A DNA stretch of 64,000 nucleotides from Elsinoe ampelina (taxonomy: Eukaryota). Below, piece after piece: positions 10,507 to 19,829 of the stretch; position 1 is the stretch's first letter; the number at the start of each line of letters is the position of its first letter. Both the position numbers and the translations under genes were made by a program. Below the pieces are notes generated by a model. That model worked only from the letters and a program-made list of their open reading frames with translations. It made no database searches and had not been told where the DNA came from. Location: the NCBI GenBank assembly GCA_010093995.1, contig ML992507.1:617576-681575 (forward strand), written 5' to 3'.

Positions 10507-11107
10507 GACGTTGTACGGCTCAACTTGCAACACTGAGATTTGGAATTGCCAACCAGGATCGTGGCAATACCGGTATTTATGGTTATAATGGTGCCTGTCG
10601 ATATTGCCAATAGAACGGCCAGTCCCGTCATTCAAGTTGTACAAGCGCCTTCTTGGTGTCACAGGACAGGTCGGTGCCGCAGGGATGCCATTGCAGCTGT
10701 GGATCAAAATGGAACTGGGAGCACCATAGACCGGTCGTCGGTAGATGACAGGTCGTGTCCGAACCACGTCAGCAACCTAGTAGCGACTAGTACGTACGCT
10801 ACTTTGGCAGTCTCCGATCATCGCATCTTCCTTTCAACGACCAATGGCCTGTACGGTATTCAAGCGACGGGGCGGTCCGCAATCCCATCATACTCCGGGA
10901 CGACAGCGGACAGATTGAGATTCTGTGACTATCATATCAATGCAAGGATCGTCAATTGGACTTCGATATCATAGTATGACCACTTGAGCCTGCTCAGGTA
11001 TATATGCATTATCTACGCTGTCTATAACTCATTCCACGGCTGCAAGCAAGATCGCCTGGCACCGGCCGTCAGTACATTACGACTGCCAAAAAGTCCTCGT
11101 CTACCTC

Positions 11108-11389
11108 TCATGCTTCGATCAAGAACTGGCGGATGTTCCTTGGTGCATCCTTGCGCCTGACCCTTCCGGACCGGATGAGTGAATTCCAGAACCTGATCTC
11201 CATCTCTCTGGCCATGAGGTCTGCATCCGACACAGTTGGCGGGCCCATGGGATGACCAATACTGGCCAGAGTGGCTTGTCGAAGCATTTGGTGAAGCCAC
11301 ATGCTGAATTGCTCCAGTGGCATGGTGAGGAAAGCTCTGTTCACCGCCGCGGCCAGAATGTCGGACCGAGGGGGAGGTTGTGGTGGCAT
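11108..11389 (-). CDS. Stand-alone copy of the array's C-terminal helical domain (no Met-Cys motif), ~93 aa
   Basis: MPPQPPP...MPLEQFSMWLHQML...GPPTVSDAD...EIRFWNSLIR...KDAPRNIRQFL aligns by eye with the tails of MC8-MC12; start uncertain. Confidence 0.65.
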   Translation of the reverse strand: MPPQPPPRSDILAAAVNRAFLTMPLEQFSMWLHQMLRQATLASIGHPMGPPTVSDADLMAREMEIRFWNSLIRSGRVRRKDAPRNIRQFLIEA

Positions 11390-11831
11390 TGTCACAAGGT
11401 AACGAGAGTGACAATCGAGAGGGATGAATGTCGTGCTGCGAGACCGATGATCACGGGGTCGTTGACTGAGCAGAATCACGGTAGTGTGAAGTTGATGGTT
11501 GAATGACTTCTACCGTCTTTTATCCCATGTCCCATGTTGAGGACCAAGCCCAGGTGAGGAATGTGAGCCAGATACCTTACGCTCGGACTCTGTGATGCCC
11601 TCATCTCGCAACAAGATAACAACTCGACTGTGGTGCGACGGACCGCATCCTATCCATTCACAGCGGTCTGACAATCGCCTCCCAAAACACGGCAATTGAC
11701 CACAATCTTCATTCAAGCGCCTGCACGGTCAATCTTGATATTTGGTAGAGTCCAATCGTTGAGTCGTTGAGATACCATCACTTGTCAACGAGACCGGATT
11801 GACTTTGATATCTATATCTACTGGATCTTGC

Positions 11832-12323
11832 TCACCCCTGTGGCGCCTCAACCTGATGCAACCTCGTTTGCACCCATTCCGGTGCATCTTCCTTCTTGTA
11901 CTTTCTCAGGTACACAACGACACTCCAGAACCATACCTCTAATTGCTTTCCCATGCGGTCCACTTCGTCCAGATTCCCTGGTCCATCTTCACGCCCCATC
12001 CTGGTCCTTGCATCAGTGTGGACAAAGTACGCCAAAAATGTCCGGAAGCCATGCGGGTCCATCCGGTTCGCCGCATCCATGATGACTCGTTTACGGTCCT
12101 CTTCTGACAGGGGTTGCTTCCCTGTACCTGGATTGTACTGCGGGTAGCCGGGTTGGCCTTGAAAGGACACGGCGCAAATCAAGCAGGGGTCGTCGGAGAT
12201 TTTCTCTACTTTCTCCACTCTGTCCCAGTTCTTGCGGCATTGATGAGAGTCCGGACATGCTTTGTAGTCATTGTCAGGATGTCGTCGACAGCCGTCGAAG
12301 TAGGTGTTGATGATCATGCACAT
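11832..12323 (-). CDS. MC10: Met-Cys motif protein with shared C-terminal domain, 163 aa
   Basis: MCMIINTYFDGCRRHPDNDYKACPDSHQC...DDPCLIC; FRTFLAYFV...GPGNLDE...EVWFWSVVV...EDAPEWVQTRL. Confidence 0.82.
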   Translation of the reverse strand: MCMIINTYFDGCRRHPDNDYKACPDSHQCRKNWDRVEKVEKISDDPCLICAVSFQGQPGYPQYNPGTGKQPLSEEDRKRVIMDAANRMDPHGFRTFLAYFVHTDARTRMGREDGPGNLDEVDRMGKQLEVWFWSVVVYLRKYKKEDAPEWVQTRLHQVEAPQG

Positions 12324-12900
12324 GCTGCTCCTGGTTGATGGGCGACTGAAAGTTGCTCCAGATCGACGGCGGCTGCGGAGCACGCACATACATTGCTATT
12401 CAAAGTGCAAATCATCATCATGGTTCCTCCTGAATAGTACAAAGAATGGAGGCAATGGCTGGCAGATGATCTTGCGACACGGCGCCTGAGGACAAAGCAA
12501 ACGGCGAGTGTAACACAATTTCGGCTCGGATACTTGCATGCTAGACCGTCACATGTTGCGTCCTAAGTCCACCAGCCACACAATCGATGAGAATCGACGC
12601 TGGGCGCTTATGTCTGAACGTAATCCCTTTCGGCTATCACTGATGACCATCGACGTGTTCATCCACACCACTCGATCTCCATTGATGAAGGTGGCGTTTT
12701 GGGCATCTTCTGTGTAACCACAGCCCCTCCACTGCCCACTGTCATACAGAGCACAAACAAATCCAGAACAGCAGGCATCCTTTCGTCGCAATCCAACAAG
12801 GATTCAGGAACTTCATCGCCACCGCTCTGACAAGCATCCCTACCCCCAAGAGCATCGCCGACCAGCATCCCATCCGCCACAACAAGCAAAGCTACCCACC

Positions 12901-13443
12901 ATGTGCATCCGCCACTACATCACCCACCTCTGCAACCACCAATACGCCGGCATCCAGCAATGCTCCCAGCACGCCCAATGCGCGCATCTCGCCAGCATCA
13001 ACCCCACTATGATCCCCACCCGCTACCTCGTCGACCCCAACGTCTGCCCCACCTGCCTCTCGGCCTGGGGCGTCACAGGCGAACACACTAGCACTGCGTT
13101 CGAAGAACAGACCCCCCTGGAAAACATGCAGGAGCGGGACGCCTTCATCGACTCCATCCGCATGCAGATGCAGGCATCCGGGAATTTCGGGACGTGGTTG
13201 CACGATTATCTGCTTAGTGAGACGATGCGGTTGGTGGGGACGGAGTACACGACGTTGGACGCGGCGACGTCGGCGGCGAGTGTGCAGGAGTTTCAGTATT
13301 GGGCGGAGTTGGTCAGGCGGGATCCGGTGCGGTATCACGAGGCGCCAGAGTGGGTGCAGAGGAGGTTGAGGGAGGAGCAGGCTGTGAGGGAGAGGGAGAG
13401 GATTTTGAGGAGTAGGCAGGGCAGGGGAAGGGGGCGGTCATAG
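12901..13443 (+). CDS. MC11: Met-Cys motif protein with shared C-terminal domain, 180 aa (only plus-strand member)
   Basis: CCACCATG start; MCIRHYITHLCNHQYAGIQQCSQHAQC...CPTC; NFGTWLHDYL...QEFQYWAELV...EAPEWVQRRL. Confidence 0.82.
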   Translation: MCIRHYITHLCNHQYAGIQQCSQHAQCAHLASINPTMIPTRYLVDPNVCPTCLSAWGVTGEHTSTAFEEQTPLENMQERDAFIDSIRMQMQASGNFGTWLHDYLLSETMRLVGTEYTTLDAATSAASVQEFQYWAELVRRDPVRYHEAPEWVQRRLREEQAVRERERILRSRQGRGRGRS

Positions 13444-13582
13444 GTTCCAGTGAGGCGATGTGCGACGGCTGAGGAACTGCGGGTTGCTGGGGTGTCAAGA
13501 GTAGTGGTTTGCTGGATCGTACTTGGCTACTGGAATTGCATCCAGCTTTCCGCTCATCCCCATCTTCTTCCCTGGGAGCACC

Positions 13583-14143
13583 TCATCGCCTCCGACCCCG
13601 CTGCTGTTCCTGTCCCACCTGCTGACCCACCAGTGCTCTGTACGCTCGCATCCGCGCACGAACCCAGTCCGGCGCATCCTCCAACCTACTGGGATCCGCC
13701 TGGATCACCTGCTGTCAGCAGCCCAGCTCCTGAGTCTGTGCGTACTGGTTCGCTTCCTCCACATTCCTCGGCCCGCCTATGAGACCAATCCGAAGCAAGC
13801 TCTCGTTCCTGCAGAAGGTCCACAGCCAAGATCGGAAGTTTGCCGGGTCCAGTCGTTTTCTCGTCTGCTCGATGAGGGCGAAGCGCTCGGCGGCGGAGAG
13901 CGCTCTGGGTCCGATCACAGCTGGAGGCGTACCGGGTGTGTTGGCTGGTACGGATGGCTGAGTGGCTGTTGGGTTGCCGGTGCAGGTCGGGCAGGGCGTT
14001 TGGCTTTGCAGCGTGCGGATGGGGATTCGAGCGGTGTTGGAGGATTCGTTGGCGTAGCAGACTCGCCAGTTGAGACAGTTTTGTGTGACGATGGAGGGGT
14101 GCTCGGAGCAGGCGAAGAAGTAGGTGGCGAATTTGATGCACAT
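13583..14143 (-). pseudogene. MC12: Met-Cys motif gene with in-frame TGA (13715-13717) at a conserved Trp; nonsense allele or recoded gene
   Basis: MCIKFATYFFACSEHPSIVTQNCLNWRVC...CPTC...QELGC*QQVIQADPSRLEDAPDWVRARM...GRRR*; homology continues 43 codons past the TGA. Confidence 0.75.
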
Positions 14144-14616
14144 CTCGCTGGGAGTGAGATCGTGTGAGCAGGGATGAGCATTGTGGGAGCTATTATCTTT
14201 TTGGTTATAGGAGCGATACTGTTGGATGGGGTTGTTCATGTGGATCGGATGCAGAGAGCTGCAGAACAAAGAAGTTGCGTACTACCTTGGGCGTCTAGCT
14301 TTGGTGCAACCATAACTGTCGCTCGGTCGAGATGGTGTGTGTTACATTGTGACGCTTCATTTACAGTATGCCATTCTGGTGGTTTAGTCACCGCAGAGCC
14401 AATGCAACTAGGGCGAGATGCTGGAAAAACGGGCCCACCGGAACGAATGATGAGACGGAAGGAAGCTGTGTGCCATTGGATTCACGTGCTGTAGACTGGT
14501 CGATCTTCTCAAGAGACGTCAACTCAGAAGTAAATGCCGTTCGTGGTAGGCCGAATGATCAGTTGTATCCCCGTAGTACTGATCGATGTGCCCAATCGTC
14601 CTGGTATATGATCAAT

Positions 14617-16407
14617 CTAGTAGATATATCGGAAGTTCAAGTTCTCTCGATCCGTCAAGTCCTCAAATGCAGTCCTGTCATGACCTTCGACCTTTCTTCT
14701 CTCCATCAGCTCATCCGCAGTCAAGCCTTCGTGACCTTGAATCCTATCTCTTCGCTTGTTCTCCTTTGACAGCATAAACCAGAAGATGCATATCAAGACT
14801 ACCTCTAGCAGATGACTGACGATCATGGACCAGATTCCGAGATCGTATCGAGGTGCCTGAGATGCAAGATAGAAGAAGGGACCGATGATATTGCCAGTAC
14901 AGTAGCCGAGGAAGAGCACGGCGTTGGTCACTACCTTCTTAGTGTGTCCAGCAGTATTGGCTGTTTGTAGCGAGAGCATCAGGACGAATGCGGCATTATA
15001 TGGTCCAGTAAGTAGATAGCAGATGTACCTACCAGCATGTTGTGACGCCGGGACAAATCGAAGACCAAAAGCTCCAGCAATGTTGGGGCAGAGAAACAGG
15101 AGCACGAACTTGGTGCGGTTGTTATTGGGGAATCTATCGTTCAGGAAGACACACAGTCCAATCGACAAAGCAATGAAGGCTCCATAGGGAGCTTGCATCA
15201 CCGCTGCGAGCAATGGGTCGTTGAAAATGCCACGGACGATGAGAGTGCCGAAGTTGGAAATTCCGCCGTTTGGAGCTGTAGGAAAGTCAGCAGAGCGTTC
15301 TTGGTGAAAGGGGCAGGGTAACGTACTATTGCAGACTGTCCCGAGGAGATAGAAGAGGTAGATCTTCGGGTCTCTGAAGGCTTCCCAGACTTGGTAAAGC
15401 TTGAGCTGCTTATTCTCCACACCGGTCTGGTTGTCCTTGAGGCGAATGACAACGATTCGCTTCTCATGGTCAGTGAGGAACTTGGCAGTAACAGGACTAT
15501 CTGGCATGAGCCACATGATGACTGCTCCCCAGATAGTGCAAAGCGCTCCAATTATGATAAACTCGAACTTCCAAGCGGGGATGGAGGCCTTGATGTTGCC
15601 GATACCGTAGCCGAGCAAACCTCCAACGGCGATGCCAAATCCATTGCCGAGATACCACATGCCCATTCGCACTGGTTGTTGACGTCTGGTATACCACATT
15701 TGAGTGATCAGCATGAAAGCTGGATCCGCACATGCTTCTGCGGCTCCAGAGAGAAATCGAAGCACGGCGAGGGTAGCAAATGAATTGCAAGCGGCTTGAA
15801 GCATCAAAAAGATTCCCCAGAGGATGATATTGAAACCAAGGTATCTAATCATATCAGTATTGGCTGACATGAGGGTCATTGAAGGTAGAAACCTACTTGC
15901 CCAGTGGAAACTTCTGCATCAAGAAGTTGGTCGGAAAAGCCCAAGCAATGAAACCGAAGTAGAAGATGCTGCTAAGCCAGCTGTATTGGCTGCCGGTGAG
16001 TGACAGATCTTCCCTGATACAGTATTAGACAGTGCTGGGGAGATTACGATATTTCTCATACCTAATGCCATAGAGCGCAGCATAAGAAAGTGTCGTCTTG
16101 TCTATCTACGAGCTGTCAGTAGGGTTCCAGGGTAGAAGATGAGCCTTCATACGTAGAAGAAGATGTAGTTGACTGCGATCAAGGGAATGATGAACCAGTC
16201 GATCTTCTTAATGATCCTTTTCTCCTCTTCTGGATCGACCTCCATATTGAAGTCGTGGTTCTCGAACAGCTTCATCGCAACATCTGCCGACTTGGTATGG
16301 CCCTTTGCGCCGGCCGCCAACGCAATTGCAGCGACGTCTTTGGGCACCTCATTGTGTTCCACCTCTTGCTTCGCCTTTGCACTTTCCAGGCTCCTGGTGT
16401 CAGACAT
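14617..16407 (-). CDS. MFS transporter, allantoate permease (DAL5-like, ACS family); 5 exons
   Basis: Exons 16407-16153, 16105-16062, 16013-15897, 15844-15327, 15275-14617 with GT-AG introns; motifs KIDW, DKTTLSYAA, QYSWLSSIFY, WYTRRQQ, AGHTKK, FEDLTDRENLNFRY. Confidence 0.92.
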
Positions 16408-17007
16408 GTTGACCTTCTGCTCAGCTCTGAACACGTAGGGAAAGATAGAGATAAAAGCAGAAGCAGTAGAAAGAGGTCCAGCCCGTCATCGCGAGTGAAT
16501 CCAAAGACCGACACGGAGAAAGGATTCGGCCGACTTACCTCCTACGTAGTCGATCGTCACGGCCACCATACAAACAAGCAAGCAACATCAAGCATTGAGG
16601 CGCGACGAGCGACGACGGGAATAATGAGGTGCGGGGAACGAGGGGAAAGCTTGTGGGGAAATAAGCTCCGAACCGCCACGAGTGCGGCTCAATTTCCTTT
16701 TCCGAAACAATTCCGAAATGCTAGGCTTGGCGTCGGAAATCCCCTCCTCGGTCCCAATCCGTATTCTCGTCAACCTCCTACCTTATGCTCTTGATACCAA
16801 GTGAGAGCTATACAGATACTCAGGCTGATACGTTTGCTAGATGAAGCATCCGCGATGATGATACCCTCCTGTGCATGCGAATTGCTTGAAAAAGGTTTCA
16901 AGTGCAAAGCCTGTTCAAGCACATCGATCAATCACTCCGTCGGATCATTTCATTCTAGACCACGCAGTATCGAACCTTTTCTATCAACAGTTGCAGAGTG
17001 AAAATCT

Positions 17008-17412
17008 CTATCTCGCCGGCACAGGCGCCGATCCCGGTTCCGGTCCTGGCGGTGGACCCGGGTCAACCCCAGGAGGCATCGGCGCCCCCGGCGGACCATC
17101 AAAGTCATCATCGTCGTCAGACGATGATTCATCCCCCTTCTTCTTCTTTCCCTTTTTGTCTCTCTTGTCTTTGCTGCTCGACCTCGATTTGTGCCTTGTC
17201 CAGACCCTCTTCTTATCCTTCTTCTTCTGACTCTTCTTCTCCTTCTTGCGAGCAGCAGCACAAGCCTCGCATCGTCCTTCTGTTCTGATGATGCCAGCGC
17301 AGTGCCAGTTTAAGGAGCAGCGATGGCCTTGGAGTGCGTGGCGGGGGCAGTACCGCACGATGTCTTCGATGCAGAGGCAGTGCTCGTAAAGCTTGCGGTA
17401 GTAGTGGCACAT
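17008..17412 (-). CDS. MC13: Met-Cys motif protein, 134 aa, Lys-rich/acidic/Pro-Gly tail
   Basis: MCHYYRKLYEHCLCIEDIVRYCPRHALQGHRC...CEAC. Confidence 0.8.
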   Translation of the reverse strand: MCHYYRKLYEHCLCIEDIVRYCPRHALQGHRCSLNWHCAGIIRTEGRCEACAAARKKEKKSQKKKDKKRVWTRHKSRSSSKDKRDKKGKKKKGDESSSDDDDDFDGPPGAPMPPGVDPGPPPGPEPGSAPVPAR

Positions 17413-17761
17413 GGTTGGGCAGAGGGAGGACGAAAGCCGTGTGTGATGTCGTGTGAACGTTGCTTCGGTGTGCTCTGGTTATCTCTGGTCTGAGGAGTGT
17501 CTTGTTGACTGCCTCCGAGCAGATGCAACGATACATCCTGCATTTATGGCTACCACAGTCCCTGAATGACAGGGTATGCTTCATCGTGGTAGAGAGCCAA
17601 TCCATTTTCACGGCTTCCCGGTAGGTGATGCTGGAAGGAGAGTTGGAAGAATGAGCGGCTACGACTTTCAGATTGTCCTGCATACTGGTGCCATCTTCTG
17701 CGTACAAACAAGAACCAACATCATGCAGATCCACAACACAACAATCTTATTCCGTGCCACC

Positions 17762-18091
17762 TCAAATCCTTGATTTCTTGTACTTCCGTCCTTCTTCGCC
17801 CTCCCCCTTAGCTTTCCGCTTCACCTTCTCTCCCGTCACAGCCACGGAATCCTGCTCACCCCGTTTCGCTTGTTCCGCCTTCCTAGCCGCCCTCGCCTCA
17901 TCTTTCGCAGTAGTACAAGCCGGGCATCTCGCCGCGAACCACTTCACGGATCCCGGCCATTCTTTGTCTTTGGGTATGGCCATACGTCGCTCTCGACATG
18001 GCTTGCCTTCTCTTTGGGCTAGCTCGCAGGGAAGTACTCGGCTGGAGGTGTGGGTGCATTTGGTGAAGCAGTGGAGGATTGCCTGGCACAT
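17762..18091 (-). CDS. MC14: Met-Cys motif protein, 109 aa, basic tail
   Basis: MCQAILHCFTKCTHTSSRVLPCELAQREGKPC...CPAC. Confidence 0.8.
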   Translation of the reverse strand: MCQAILHCFTKCTHTSSRVLPCELAQREGKPCRERRMAIPKDKEWPGSVKWFAARCPACTTAKDEARAARKAEQAKRGEQDSVAVTGEKVKRKAKGEGEEGRKYKKSRI

Positions 18092-18476
18092 GGCTGGGCC
18101 GGGGATGGACAATGTTTCGTGGAGGGAGGCTTATGTCTGTGAGGGAGTTTCAAGAGATCAACTGGTCGCGTAAATTCACAAGTGATGTAACGATTTTGTG
18201 CAATAGTGATCAGGGCTACCGTGTGCACGATTGGTGACGGTGTGCCGTGCCAGCTGGTAAGCGCTCAACTGTGCAGTCAATCACAGCATTTCACTGGCTT
18301 GCAAATAGTCGAGTTAATTTTCGACACGTCCGGGATGTCTTTACGGTGTCCTGCAATAGATTCATAGTCTATAGGTCAAGGCATTGTGCGAGATGTATGT
18401 AGAGAAAAGCACACAGTGGTGCTGCGTACAAATTGTAGCTATCGAAATCTTGATCAATGTGGGAGGGAAGAATCGA

Positions 18477-19217
18477 TCATCGCAGGGGAGTTCTCCCAGC
18501 TGGACCATAGCCTACCGACGACAGCTTCGACGTGTTTGCCATGGTCTTGAAGCTTGGCGTACGTCCAGATGGAGGATCTGGCGCACGAGGTGGACCGCCT
18601 CCTCCGTCACTTCCTGGTGCGGTACTGGGGCCGTCATCCTCGTCGTCTCCTCCACCATCACTTCCAGAACTCTCTTCAGAATCTTCTCCTAAGTCTTCCT
18701 CGGAATCCTCCGAGCTGCTCGAGGAGGTACTCGGAGAGCTGCTTTCACTCGATGAAACTGTTTCGGGTGACTTTGGTCGCCTAATGAAAGTCGTTTGGCT
18801 GAGTAGCCGGGCATGTTGCGGGTCGTTAGAGCTGCCCTCACCAGTGTCTCCTCGCGGATAAATCCTCCTAGTCACCATCTGGAACGAGACATGCCGGTAG
18901 TTCTCATCGTATCCTGCGTTCTCTCGTAACGAAGCTTGTCGGGCATAAGATCCCCTCTGAGACGGCACTGTTGCGTGGTCCGGCCAGACAGCATCTTTAG
19001 CAGTCTTCATCGCCCTGCCAAGTCGTTTGCAACTACTCTCCTTGCCCCTCCTCCGACAACGACGACATGATCCTTGCACTTGAACTTGATCACCCGCAGA
19101 ACCTGAAAAGAAAGGTAGAGCACAGTCCCTCCCTGATCTTCGTGTTCTCGAGCATCGTTCAATCTTGGTCTTTGTATGGTGACAGCCAGTTCGAGTCTTC
19201 ACTATTCTGCGGCACAT
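18477..19217 (-). CDS. MC15: Met-Cys motif protein, 246 aa, Arg-rich then Ser/acidic disordered tail
   Basis: MCRRIVKTRTGCHHTKTKIERCSRTRRSGRDC...CRRC. Confidence 0.8.
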   Translation of the reverse strand: MCRRIVKTRTGCHHTKTKIERCSRTRRSGRDCALPFFSGSAGDQVQVQGSCRRCRRRGKESSCKRLGRAMKTAKDAVWPDHATVPSQRGSYARQASLRENAGYDENYRHVSFQMVTRRIYPRGDTGEGSSNDPQHARLLSQTTFIRRPKSPETVSSSESSSPSTSSSSSEDSEEDLGEDSEESSGSDGGGDDEDDGPSTAPGSDGGGGPPRAPDPPSGRTPSFKTMANTSKLSSVGYGPAGRTPLR

Positions 19218-19829
19218 CTTGACTTCTACCGTGCGGAAGAGGGATTCGTGCAGGATGAATGAGTCGTGCCATCTTGCTGGATACTGTATGTCCTATATAC
19301 AGAAATCAAGAGATTGCATCTCAAGGCCGTGACTGAGGAATATCCTTGTGCTAGCACAAAATCGAGCACAAACCAGCCAACAATGATCAAAGCAGAGCCC
19401 ATACCCAATCGATAATTTGTGGTTCACCATTACTGTATGTCAGAGAATGATTGAATAGGGATGCGGTGTTATTGTAGACTGGAACGAAGAATGATTGGAC
19501 AAATACCGTACTCAATAGGATGAAAGGCGATACTTCACCCCAGTGAAGCAAACTTGTGTACGTTCATCACGAGCGATCACAGGCTTGCTCAAATTTCCTG
19601 ACGCAAGCCGTGCGCCACTTACACAGACATCATTTCCAGACACAGAATCGGCATCGAATTATTTTGTGATGAACCAGAGAGGAGAGAGTGATGTTCAAGG
19701 CAGCAGACGTCGTCGGAGCTTCTCGGACCGAGACTTTGCCGCTTCTTGAGGTCAGTCATTCCATCAAGGACATCTCACTTCCAAGACCAGTCTTCATGGA
19801 CTTCAAAAGCAGAAGATTGATATGAGTTG

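Larger units (their letters stand above)
1387..14345. promoter_or_regulatory. Recurrent GTGTNAC/GTNACAC element upstream of Met-Cys genes (dispersed sites)
   Basis: Sites at 1387, 2502, 6409, 10656, 12508, 12712, 14339 lie 150-236 bp upstream of MC1, 2, 5, 9, 10, 11, 12; also 4174 and 5564 (388/373 bp) and 202. Confidence 0.4.

Noticed and set aside
2267..14269. Longer ORF-track starts upstream of MC2, MC4, MC8, MC9, MC10, MC12 (likewise MC14, GNAT, HIT, TRP4, uL10)
   Set aside because: Extensions have no similarity between paralogs and several use non-ATG starts; the internal Met-Cys ATGs all have a -3 purine and align with the family.
14617..16407. Secondary-metabolite cluster interpretation (MFS + GNAT)
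   Set aside because: No PKS, NRPS, terpene or DUF3328-type enzymes; the small proteins lack signal peptides and repeated cores of fungal RiPP precursors.
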